Positions 56,568-64,000 of a stretch of DNA of 64,000 nt are shown piece after piece. A program made the position numbers and the translations under genes. The stretch comes from a virus (lineage: Duplodnaviria > Caudoviricetes): the IMG/VR virus record IMGVR_UViG_3300027804_002812, positions 192,001-256,000 of that record; one strand, given 5' to 3'. The notes beneath the pieces are model-generated. The model was not told where the DNA came from. It did not search any database and was given only the letters and a program-made list of their open reading frames with translations. Position 1 is the stretch's first letter. Every line of letters starts with the position of its first letter.

Positions 56568-56993
56568 TTATTTCTTTTTCTTAACACAGTTCGGATATCT
56601 TTTACCAAACATGGTTTTCATTCCTTTTTGAGTATATCCTTTCCAACATCTTTCGGTAATTTCACCTTCAGATAGGTCTTCTGTGTCCTCACAATCACTA
56701 ACAAATCTTGATTGCAATAAAGGTGGAATTTCAAAATAATTATTAATGAGCAAATATATCTCATTCATGATATCTTGATGAAAATAGTGAGTAAGAATGT
56801 TGTCACCAGTTTTGAAAACAACTGAAACCCAATATCTTGGATATGTTTTCTCAATCCCATATCCCTTAACAACGATTTTACAAATGTCATCAGGATATTT
56901 GGATACAATAGTATTATCCAATAACCTTTGAATGTATTTGGTCAAATCTTTCTTTGTTTCTTCTTTTAATATTTTTCTGATAAGGTCTCTCAT
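56568..56993 (-). CDS. Leader-tagged protein with C-terminal CWKGY...PNCV motif
   Basis: MRDLIRKILKEE; LSEGEITE-RCWKGYTQKGMKTMFGKRYPNCVKK. Confidence 0.78.
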   Translation of the reverse strand: MRDLIRKILKEETKKDLTKYIQRLLDNTIVSKYPDDICKIVVKGYGIEKTYPRYWVSVVFKTGDNILTHYFHQDIMNEIYLLINNYFEIPPLLQSRFVSDCEDTEDLSEGEITERCWKGYTQKGMKTMFGKRYPNCVKKKK

Positions 56994-57013
56994 TGTATAT
57001 AAATACAAAGAAA

Positions 57014-57358
57014 TTAAAATAACTTTGATAAAATTCTACGTGTGAATTCTTCAGTTTTTGTAAGCCCTCTAACTGTCCACAATTCCTTATCAATTAACCT
57101 TTCAAATTTTTTATATAAAGAATTTCTTAAAAACAAAAAATCCCAATGGTCAACAACAAACCTTTTAACATAAGTTTTATTTGGTAACCTGAAAGAAAAC
57201 GCTAATAATGAACTCTCATGTAATTTATTAAGGACTGTGAAAACTCTGAAGTTGAATGCAGAAGAATCTCCATAATATCCAATAGTGAATAAACTAACTT
57301 TGAAACTGACTCTATGTAGTTTCCATGAAACTTTTTCTAAAAACTTATTTATACCCAT
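57014..57358 (-). CDS. Hypothetical protein
   Basis: Start MGINK preferred. Confidence 0.65.
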   Translation of the reverse strand: MGINKFLEKVSWKLHRVSFKVSLFTIGYYGDSSAFNFRVFTVLNKLHESSLLAFSFRLPNKTYVKRFVVDHWDFLFLRNSLYKKFERLIDKELWTVRGLTKTEEFTRRILSKLF

Positions 57359-57441
57359 ATTAAAAAAATAATAAAAAGTTGTACGATAATAAAGAAATTG
57401 GAATAGTTTTTCCAATCTTATTTTTTGTTATATTTCTTAAT

Positions 57442-57705
57442 ATGACAACAATCGAAAAACATATCGTGAAATATATTGATGATAAATTTGGTTTCCCTTA
57501 TCTACATTATAGCCGAGAGGAACAAACTTGGGTAAATGAATTTTTTTTATTCGACATCAAAACAAAGACAATGTATATTTCAGATTTGGTTAAGTTTGAT
57601 TTGAATAAAAAATATGGTAAAGGTTATATTGATAATGTACTTTTGACTGTGGTTAATTATTGGTTCAAAAAAACATATAAACTTGAAGTAAAGGAAGTTG
57701 AATAA
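57442..57705 (+). CDS. Paralog-family member lacking the leader
   Basis: IVKYID..MYIS..WFKKTYKLEV. Confidence 0.68.
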   Translation: MTTIEKHIVKYIDDKFGFPYLHYSREEQTWVNEFFLFDIKTKTMYISDLVKFDLNKKYGKGYIDNVLLTVVNYWFKKTYKLEVKEVE

Positions 57706-57717
57706 CTATTTACTGAT

Positions 57718-58371
57718 ATGAGTTACTTAGTTGCAAACATCCCGCCCGTAGAGGTTTTTATAGATAAAAAGTTTTTATACGATTTTCAAAAAGATGAATC
57801 AGGAAATTACTTAGGTGATGGAGAGTGGGAAAAAGGACATTGGGTCAGCGTAAAATCTATTCCAAATCGAGCCTTGTTATTCGAAACTTATGTTGATAAG
57901 TTTGGTGCGGTTTACGACAAATTACCAATTCACGCATTTCGTTGGAAGGAACCACAACCAACAGATAAAGTGTTTCCATTGGACTTCTTGCAACTTTGGG
58001 ATTGCCTGTCATACAACATATCTGTAATTGAGAAACGTGTCCTGAGAGGTGTTAAAACCTATACTACGATGAAGGACCAAAGTATTGTTGAAGGTGAATA
58101 TTTGTTCACAATAGATACGACTCACTCGGATCCAAATGAAATAGATTGTGGATGGAGCGAAACTCCTAATGAACACAAATGTTACAATATATCTAAATTA
58201 GAAAATGGACAGATATGTGCTCAACCTAATAACCGAACAAGATGGTATCAACCGAGCAGAACTTCGGACATAACACAAATTCCTTATTTCAGATATTCAA
58301 CAAAAATTTGGAAATCAGAGGACTATAGTAAATGGCGTCCTTCAGATGAAAATTGGGACTACACTCCTTAA
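57718..58371 (+). CDS. Conserved phage hypothetical protein
   Basis: YDKLPIHAF, LQLWDCLSY, EHK, AQPNNR motifs of the kind seen in large myovirus proteins (from memory). Confidence 0.75.
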   Translation: MSYLVANIPPVEVFIDKKFLYDFQKDESGNYLGDGEWEKGHWVSVKSIPNRALLFETYVDKFGAVYDKLPIHAFRWKEPQPTDKVFPLDFLQLWDCLSYNISVIEKRVLRGVKTYTTMKDQSIVEGEYLFTIDTTHSDPNEIDCGWSETPNEHKCYNISKLENGQICAQPNNRTRWYQPSRTSDITQIPYFRYSTKIWKSEDYSKWRPSDENWDYTP

Positions 58372-58374
58372 TGA

Positions 58375-59193
58375 CTATTGTAGTTCACCAATCAAAACCA
58401 TAGGAGTCATTCCTAATGCCGCCGCAGTTGAAAGTCTTGTATTACCAGCAACCAAGTAATATCTATCACCAAACTTAAGTATCATCGGTCTATGGTAATC
58501 TCCTCCTAATAGTGCTTTAGCTAATTTTGTTGGATTGGTTTTGTTGAATTCTTTGGCGATTTTCCTTACCTTGTCCATTTCACCCACCTTGATTTGGTTG
58601 GAATGTGTGTTTTCTAATTTTCTCCACACTTCAAAAGGAATTTCAATTTCAACACCGTTTCTGAATGCTCTCACAACATCTTTAACTGATGTATCGACTC
58701 CATAGTTTCTCGATAAATCCTCCACCGTTCTTTCGATTTCTTCTATTTCATCATCGATGGGGTCTTTTTTTCTCCGAAGAGAAACGACTTTTTTATCTTC
58801 ATAAAGCCTCTCTTTGAATTCAGGATTTTGTTTGTCGAACTTCTTAATAAAAATACCTGAGAGAACGTTACTCATGTTCTCCTCAGGTCCTCCGATGTCT
58901 TGTATTTTTTCTTTTTCGTCAACACCCATTTCTTGAGTCTGATACTCATGAACCCATTCATGTGATAAAGTTCTTAAGATGTCAATTAACATTCTACCTT
59001 TAGATAAAATGACAATCTTACTATTTGGCATTCTCACACCTGTAGTGACAGTTTGATTTCGATCATCTACAAATTTTACCTCTACATCTGAAGACAACGG
59101 AAGCTGGCTTTGTAAAAATTTGATAAAGGAGGAAATAACCTCCATTTGTTCCTTACTAACTCCTGATTTTGCGACTTTGATACAAACTTTCAT
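58375..59193 (-). CDS. HExxH metallopeptidase-like domain fused to ParB/Srx-like domain
   Basis: ILRTLSHEWVHEYQ; PMILKFGDRYYLVAGNTRL. Confidence 0.68.
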   Translation of the reverse strand: MKVCIKVAKSGVSKEQMEVISSFIKFLQSQLPLSSDVEVKFVDDRNQTVTTGVRMPNSKIVILSKGRMLIDILRTLSHEWVHEYQTQEMGVDEKEKIQDIGGPEENMSNVLSGIFIKKFDKQNPEFKERLYEDKKVVSLRRKKDPIDDEIEEIERTVEDLSRNYGVDTSVKDVVRAFRNGVEIEIPFEVWRKLENTHSNQIKVGEMDKVRKIAKEFNKTNPTKLAKALLGGDYHRPMILKFGDRYYLVAGNTRLSTAAALGMTPMVLIGELQ

Positions 59194-59223
59194 CAGGTAT
59201 AAATATTATGAAATATTGTTATT

Positions 59224-59361
59224 TTATTTGACGGTTACTTTTCGTTTTTTACTTTCAATCCTTTTACACTCTTTTGAAATAACTTTGACCAACTCTCCCA
59301 TTGGATTATTTGCTAAAAAAAACCTCATTCTTGTGTCTGATTCTAATGTTCTTAAGTTCAT
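59224..59361 (-). CDS. Small basic protein (45 aa)
   Basis: Not in track. MNLRTLESDTRMRFFLANNP...KKRKVTVK. Confidence 0.5.
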   Translation of the reverse strand: MNLRTLESDTRMRFFLANNPMGELVKVISKECKRIESKKRKVTVK

Positions 59362-59411
59362 ATTTTTGTTATTATTTACTAATTTAATAAATAGTCGCAT
59401 TTCACCAAATA

Positions 59412-59663
59412 TTATTTGGTGTGATGTGATTTGTCAATCGTCTTAATACACTTTTTCATCGCCTCGAACTGACCCCAAGTCAACATGAATCGAGTTGGTC
59501 CACTCAAATCTTCAATGTGAATATCATATCCTTCTCCGTTGGTCCATTCAGTGACTTCCAAAAAGTCACCTTTACCTTTCCTGTCTCCCAAAGACCCAAC
59601 ACAGTAATCTTCTAAATGAACAAATGCGGATTTTCGCATTTCGATTTTTATTTCTTTTTTCAT
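59412..59663 (-). CDS. Hypothetical protein
   Basis: EVTEWTNGEGYDI..LTWGQF. Confidence 0.75.
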   Translation of the reverse strand: MKKEIKIEMRKSAFVHLEDYCVGSLGDRKGKGDFLEVTEWTNGEGYDIHIEDLSGPTRFMLTWGQFEAMKKCIKTIDKSHHTK

Positions 59664-59667
59664 AATA

Positions 59668-60030
59668 TTATATTTGGTCTACATCATATGCTTTAGGTGA
59701 GGGTAAACCACTGTACTCACAGTAAAGTTCTTCACGTTGTTTTTCGAGTTCGTCTTTAATTTCTTCAGGAAAATACATTCCATCGGACTCCATATCAGAA
59801 ATGGTCCTGTCGATAGTTTTTAATAAATTCTTTTTTTCTTTTACGGACAATTTATCATCGTTGAATAAATTTTCCAAGAGATTATAAAGTGCGTCTCTAC
59901 CGAATACAGGTTTTTTATACTGATACGGTTCCTTCTCCATTTTGGAGATTTCTTTAATAGATGCGATGATGAAAACCAAAAATGCTATCATCACAAATAT
60001 TGACAAAATTAAAATCCCTATGTTATCCAT
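59668..60030 (-). CDS. N-terminal TM hypothetical protein
   Basis: TM segment, then YCEYSGLPS. Confidence 0.75.
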   Translation of the reverse strand: MDNIGILILSIFVMIAFLVFIIASIKEISKMEKEPYQYKKPVFGRDALYNLLENLFNDDKLSVKEKKNLLKTIDRTISDMESDGMYFPEEIKDELEKQREELYCEYSGLPSPKAYDVDQI

Positions 60031-60202
60031 TTCTTTTTTTCAAGTTAAAAATCATTACGAATCCTAAAATGGTAGGACACCATAGCCCGATAAAGATGGC
60101 TTTGAGGGGTTCATTCAAGAACACAAAGTAGTATTCCGATATCATGATGAGAATTAACACCAATACCAATAGTGCCAACTCTGATTTTTTGAATTTGTTC
60201 AT
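60023..60202 (-). CDS. Small two-TM protein (59 aa)
   Basis: Not in track. MNKFKKSELALLVLVL...IFIGLWCPTILGF; overlaps the next ATG. Confidence 0.7.
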   Translation of the reverse strand: MNKFKKSELALLVLVLILIMISEYYFVFLNEPLKAIFIGLWCPTILGFVMIFNLKKRNG

Positions 60203-60282
60203 ATCTTTTTTTTAGTGAGTTTCAACCCCTAAAAGTAAAGAAAAAAATCTATTAAAAAAAATAAGTGGTTAAAATTAACCAC

Positions 60283-60681
60283 TTATTTTTTCTGCCAACT
60301 TCCTTCTGAAATGATTGTTGGTTTATCGTTCCTATCAATCATAATCCATTCAGATTTCACAAGTCCGAATGGTTCGAAACAATCCATGACTTGTTCCAAT
60401 GTAAAACACTTACAACTGTAAATGTCAAACTGTATCATGGGTAACTCCAAATTGTCCCAAATGTGAATGGAAGCATGAGAAGTCGCCAACGTCACGGTTC
60501 CCGTTAATCCTTCATTACCTGGATCTGAAACATATACACTTGTAGGTCCTGCCACAACTTTCATCCCCACCGTTTCAACCAAGTTTATAAACCATTTGTT
60601 TAATTCCTCCTCCTGTTTTGGAGGATTAGTTGCCCAACATTTAACAAGTAAGTGTTGGTGATAAGGATTGAATTTCTTCAT
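60283..60681 (-). CDS. speD: S-adenosylmethionine decarboxylase-family (pyruvoyl) proenzyme
   Basis: HQHLLV, GLTGTVTLATSHASIHIW, QFDIYSC. Confidence 0.82.
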   Translation of the reverse strand: MKKFNPYHQHLLVKCWATNPPKQEEELNKWFINLVETVGMKVVAGPTSVYVSDPGNEGLTGTVTLATSHASIHIWDNLELPMIQFDIYSCKCFTLEQVMDCFEPFGLVKSEWIMIDRNDKPTIISEGSWQKK

Positions 60682-60729
60682 CTATAATATATGTATTTTT
60701 TTACATATATATCAGGAATTCAAGAAAAA

Positions 60730-61818
60730 TTAAAATTTGAATCCTGTAACTCTTTCATATAGTTTTTCACCATTGGAGAGTGTATCAATTCCAAAACTTG
60801 GATATACGGATTTATAATAGTTATGTATCTTTCTAATCCATTCCTCACCATAGTTTTTGTGAATATAACCTATACAAATACATTGTAATATTTCGTCCCA
60901 CTTTCTGTATGTTAGATGTTGAACCCCAAAGAAATCAAAGTCAAACAGTTTAACCAAATCCTGCTCTGTATTAACTATAATTTCCCTTTCATTTCGATTA
61001 TCATGAGAAGATGACATCAAACTATGATACTGCCCATAACCTTTGGGTGTTGTAACAATGAACTTGAAAGGGAATTGGTAATTACTATTTGTAATCCCCA
61101 TATACTCCTGTTCGAGCATCAGGAATTCTTTATGTGATAAGAATGTACTTTTATTTTTAACTTGTTCTCTATACCTTTCATTAATTTCCATCAGATTCAA
61201 ATGAATCATCAATTGCTCAATATAACATTCACCACCCGCTCCATCAATAAATTTTCTATTTCTGTTGTAATGGTCAATTGATTTTTTTGCAGCCAAGTTC
61301 ATGGACTCATAATCTTTGGCATAAATAACAGACATATTAGGAATTTCTGAAACTCTGAAATTATCTTTTATAAAATCGCTATGTTGTTCCTGTAATACAT
61401 AAAAAGGGCCAGCATAAGTTTTAACAAGATTAGGAAAATCGTTTTCATTCAAACCTTCAGGCCCTACGTCACTTGGACTTGAAAATATAAATTCTCTCCC
61501 CGAATCTTGGAAGTGGAAATTTTTATATAGAATTGTATCGGTATCAATATGTAAAAACTCTTCTTTTATATTTTCAAATACCTTCAGTTTGTAATAACTA
61601 TACATCTTACTTTTCTCCTTATTTAATAAAGAGGTATTAATATAGTCATAAGGCAATCCAATATCCTTTAATTGTTTTTTTGTTGGAGTGTTTGTATAAA
61701 TTGAAATGTTCCCGTAGTTCTTCTTTGCCTCAAGAACACTCAATAGTTGTGGATACATTTCTTCTTTCCAAATAATTGCGGATTCTCTTGGTATGTACGT
61801 ATGATAGACGTTCAACAT
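60730..61818 (-). CDS. DxD-type glycosyltransferase-like protein
   Basis: YKLKVF..IKEEFLHIDTDTILY, IPNMSVI, YIEQ. Confidence 0.55.
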   Translation of the reverse strand: MLNVYHTYIPRESAIIWKEEMYPQLLSVLEAKKNYGNISIYTNTPTKKQLKDIGLPYDYINTSLLNKEKSKMYSYYKLKVFENIKEEFLHIDTDTILYKNFHFQDSGREFIFSSPSDVGPEGLNENDFPNLVKTYAGPFYVLQEQHSDFIKDNFRVSEIPNMSVIYAKDYESMNLAAKKSIDHYNRNRKFIDGAGGECYIEQLMIHLNLMEINERYREQVKNKSTFLSHKEFLMLEQEYMGITNSNYQFPFKFIVTTPKGYGQYHSLMSSSHDNRNEREIIVNTEQDLVKLFDFDFFGVQHLTYRKWDEILQCICIGYIHKNYGEEWIRKIHNYYKSVYPSFGIDTLSNGEKLYERVTGFKF

Positions 61819-61829
61819 TCTAATAATGA

Positions 61830-62144
61830 TTAATCACAATTATCAGGGTGAGGACAAGCTTGGCCAGCGCCTTCAATGTATCCATATCTTTGATGGATAT
61901 TTGTGGTTTTGAGGTATGGAGTTACCTTTCCACACACAACACAAGTATCGTAGTCATCAGGACGATGTATTGCGGTCACCAGTCCATCTTCATTAATAGT
62001 TAAACCAACATGTTCATCATCAATTCGAGGTCCTTCTAAGTCCCTCTTTGCTTGCCAAAATCTATCATGGACTTTTTTACCCATATCATAATAGTTTGAT
62101 GTTGATAAAATCTCTTCTTCAGTGAAAGTAATTTTGATTGACAT
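61830..62144 (-). CDS. Hypothetical protein with C-terminal Cys motif
   Basis: CVVCGK..GYIEGAGQAC. Confidence 0.75.
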   Translation of the reverse strand: MSIKITFTEEEILSTSNYYDMGKKVHDRFWQAKRDLEGPRIDDEHVGLTINEDGLVTAIHRPDDYDTCVVCGKVTPYLKTTNIHQRYGYIEGAGQACPHPDNCD

Positions 62145-62198
62145 AATATGTTTTTTATATTCAAAACATAATTAGGTAAAAAGAAAAAATAAATGTAT

Positions 62199-62256
62199 TT
62201 ATCAATATGATTAACATAAAAACATTATCAATATGATTAACATAAAAACATTATCA
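62199..62256 (+). repeat. 26-bp tandem duplication of a gene start
   Basis: TTATCAATATGATTAACATAAAAACA x2 (+TTATCA); ATGs at 62207 and 62233. Confidence 0.9.
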
Positions 62257-62598
62257 GAAAAGTTAAAATATTTAATCGGAGAAGAATCTAATAGACAATT
62301 TGAAATATTTGATTTGGATGTGGATTTTTATGACGGAAATAGTGGTTATCAATTATTCATTAAGTTTGATTACTTTGGGGGATTCGATTCTCAGATGCCC
62401 GGCTTTACAACGGATATATCTAAAATGATAGAAAAAATAGAAAAAATTGTATCCAAAGTTACAATCACACCTGAAAGAAAATTATCTTTGTCTCAGGAAG
62501 TTAATGTCGAATCTTTTATCGATCAAATTGATTATAAGATTGAAGATAGACATATTTTTACTATTTCTTTTTTAGTTCACTACCCTGACAAAAATTAA
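62233..62598 (+). CDS. Hypothetical protein
   Basis: 121 aa. Confidence 0.75.
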   Translation: MINIKTLSEKLKYLIGEESNRQFEIFDLDVDFYDGNSGYQLFIKFDYFGGFDSQMPGFTTDISKMIEKIEKIVSKVTITPERKLSLSQEVNVESFIDQIDYKIEDRHIFTISFLVHYPDKN

Positions 62599-62601
62599 AT
62601 T

Positions 62602-63426
62602 ATGGATGAGAAAATAAAAAAAACTGCCACCAAACTTCAAGGTTTAGTAAAACATTACGATAACCCTAGTGAAGTTTATTACGATGTTAGAAAGATTGCC
62701 GAAACACAAAGTGATTACTTCCAATACTTAGGTCCTGACAATATAATCAAATTAACATTATACATCTATTCACTCAAGAAAACTGGAGATTTGAAAATGG
62801 GTGAAAAAATGATTAACAATTTATCTTTTGTACAACTTTTAACAACTGACAACGAACCCACAATAAAAGAGTGCGAATCATGTGAAGGAAGTGGTACGGA
62901 AAGATGTGAAAGATGTAAAGGTTCTGGTATGATAGAATGTCCAACATGTGATGGTGATGGTGAAGTATCTTGTGAATGGTGCGACGACTATGAATATGAG
63001 GAATGTGAGGAATGTAATGGAAGTGAAACTATGAATTGTAATAGTTGTGAAGGTAGCGGCGACGTATATTGTCCTTCATGTAATAGGGATGGTGAAACAG
63101 TTTGTGAAACATGTGGAGGTGAAGGTGAAGTCACAAGTGAAGACGAAGTATCCTATGAGACTTATTTTATTGCAACTTGGAACAAACAGATTCAAGATCT
63201 TTGTGAATTACGTGTTGAGACATTAGAACCAATTATGTCTTTGACGCAGTTTCTCAAGTTAAACGACGATTATTTGGAGTTGATTAGGTGGAACGGATCG
63301 TCTAATCTCAATGTAGATAAAGACCAAATGTATTGTACTGATTACTCTAACGAGCCAGAAATCTACCTACAAAAAAATATGCTCATCAGACCAAGACACA
63401 TTCGAGATTCAGATTATTTGAAATAG
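62602..63426 (+). CDS. Protein with DnaJ-type CxxCxGxG zinc-finger array
   Basis: Eight CxxC motifs (CESCEGSG, CERCKGSG, CPTCDGDG, CEWC, CEEC, CNSCEGSG, CPSC, CETCGGEG); no J domain/HPD. Confidence 0.82.
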   Translation: MDEKIKKTATKLQGLVKHYDNPSEVYYDVRKIAETQSDYFQYLGPDNIIKLTLYIYSLKKTGDLKMGEKMINNLSFVQLLTTDNEPTIKECESCEGSGTERCERCKGSGMIECPTCDGDGEVSCEWCDDYEYEECEECNGSETMNCNSCEGSGDVYCPSCNRDGETVCETCGGEGEVTSEDEVSYETYFIATWNKQIQDLCELRVETLEPIMSLTQFLKLNDDYLELIRWNGSSNLNVDKDQMYCTDYSNEPEIYLQKNMLIRPRHIRDSDYLK

Positions 63427-63450
63427 AAAAAGGAGACCGAAGTCTCCTTT
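63427..63450. terminator. Bidirectional terminator
   Basis: AAAAGGAGAC-CGAA-GTCTCCTTT between convergent genes. Confidence 0.8.
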
Positions 63451-63491
63451 ATAGGGCTGTACAGGTTTTGTACAACTTCCACCACCAAGTT

Positions 63492-63791
63492 TTATCGGAC
63501 TTGGAAACCGTTGTTTCTGAAAATAGAGTTAGCCAATTCCTCCAATTTTTCAGCGTTCATATAACCAATCACATCTTCACCAATTTCAGGGAAGAAATAC
63601 ATAGTGACAAAATTTCTATCTTTAGTATCCAAGATTGCAACTTCAAAAGTTTCATCAAAATCACCATATAATCCTTTTGCCCCACCAACAATAGACAATT
63701 CATATTTACGGTTGAAGATGTTTGTCATTCTCCCACCTTTCCCGATTGGATGAGGTTTTGACCAATTTTTTATGTCTTTAATTCTAATCAT
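63492..63791 (-). CDS. Hypothetical phage protein
   Basis: YELSIVGG...LYG...TFEVAI..DVIGY. Confidence 0.78.
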   Translation of the reverse strand: MIRIKDIKNWSKPHPIGKGGRMTNIFNRKYELSIVGGAKGLYGDFDETFEVAILDTKDRNFVTMYFFPEIGEDVIGYMNAEKLEELANSIFRNNGFQVR

Positions 63792-64000
63792 TTTGATACC
63801 TCCGCTTCGATTTTAGATTTATTAATAAGATGTTCCGCTAATGTATAAGTATCCACATTTGTGGTTATGATGGATTCAACCAAATGTTTATAAGGAACGT
63901 GAACGAAGAAATCCACTCCATTAAAAAACGTCAAATCGTTTTTCAATTCAATACTTCCCTGAATCATCTTAAGAAAAAGCTTGAATTGAGTTCCATTTAC
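63788..64000 (-). CDS. Hypothetical protein, partial (starts beyond window)
   Basis: Open frame from 64000 to TGA at 63788, overlapping ATG 63791. Confidence 0.6.
   Translation of the reverse strand, partial: VNGTQFKLFLKMIQGSIELKNDLTFFNGVDFFVHVPYKHLVESIITTNVDTYTLAEHLINKSKIEAEVSK

Noticed and set aside
2400-60681. Numerous 60-150-aa antisense/overlapping track ORFs (e.g. 2400, 13290, 20757, 31537, 36124, 43892, 54456, 59120)
   Set aside because: Fully overlap better-supported genes on the opposite strand or frame, and show Ser/Phe/Ile-rich shadow composition.
62602-63426. dnaJ chaperone call
   Set aside because: Zinc fingers only; no HPD-containing J domain.
1-64000. Stop-codon recoding (TAG to Gln) as in some large Bacteroidota phages
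   Set aside because: Standard-code ORFs tile the window densely, and TAG ends genes cleanly (e.g. 63424-63426, directly followed by a terminator; also 8538, 52643, 53330).

Overview
AT-rich (roughly one-third GC by eye), gene-dense segment of a large tailed phage genome, genetic code 11. The inferred host is a Bacteroidota bacterium: there are TTTG-N19-20-TAnnTTTG promoters, no evident Shine-Dalgarno sites, and Bacteroidota-type small genes. No capsid, terminase or polymerase gene is recognisable in the window. It contains a PG-binding/GH19 endolysin and a tRNA-Phe with an extra D-loop hairpin near an RNA-repair-type phosphoesterase/Receiver pair. It also has a surface-glycan kit (11 SGNH-like paralogs, heptose kinase/nucleotidyltransferase, fucosyl-/glycosyl-/sulfotransferase-like genes), IscA and an AdoMetDC-like gene. 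The strongest unexplained signals are four. (1) About 30+ otherwise unrelated ORFs share a few N-terminal leader peptides ending in (I/L)-x-E and mostly sit behind a TATTTAT motif. This resembles a large T4-style capsid-targeting/prohead-protease cargo system, carrying PG hydrolases, nucleases, an annexin-like repeat and membrane-inserting domains. (2) A repeated intergenic element with a covarying C-GNA-G mini-hairpin separates many of these cassettes. (3) An exact 66-bp in-frame repeat/variable-spacer array lies inside a gene. (4) An origin-like region has six perfect DnaA boxes, a G-quadruplex-type tract and iteron-like motifs. All protein family calls come from motifs recognised by eye, not from database searches.
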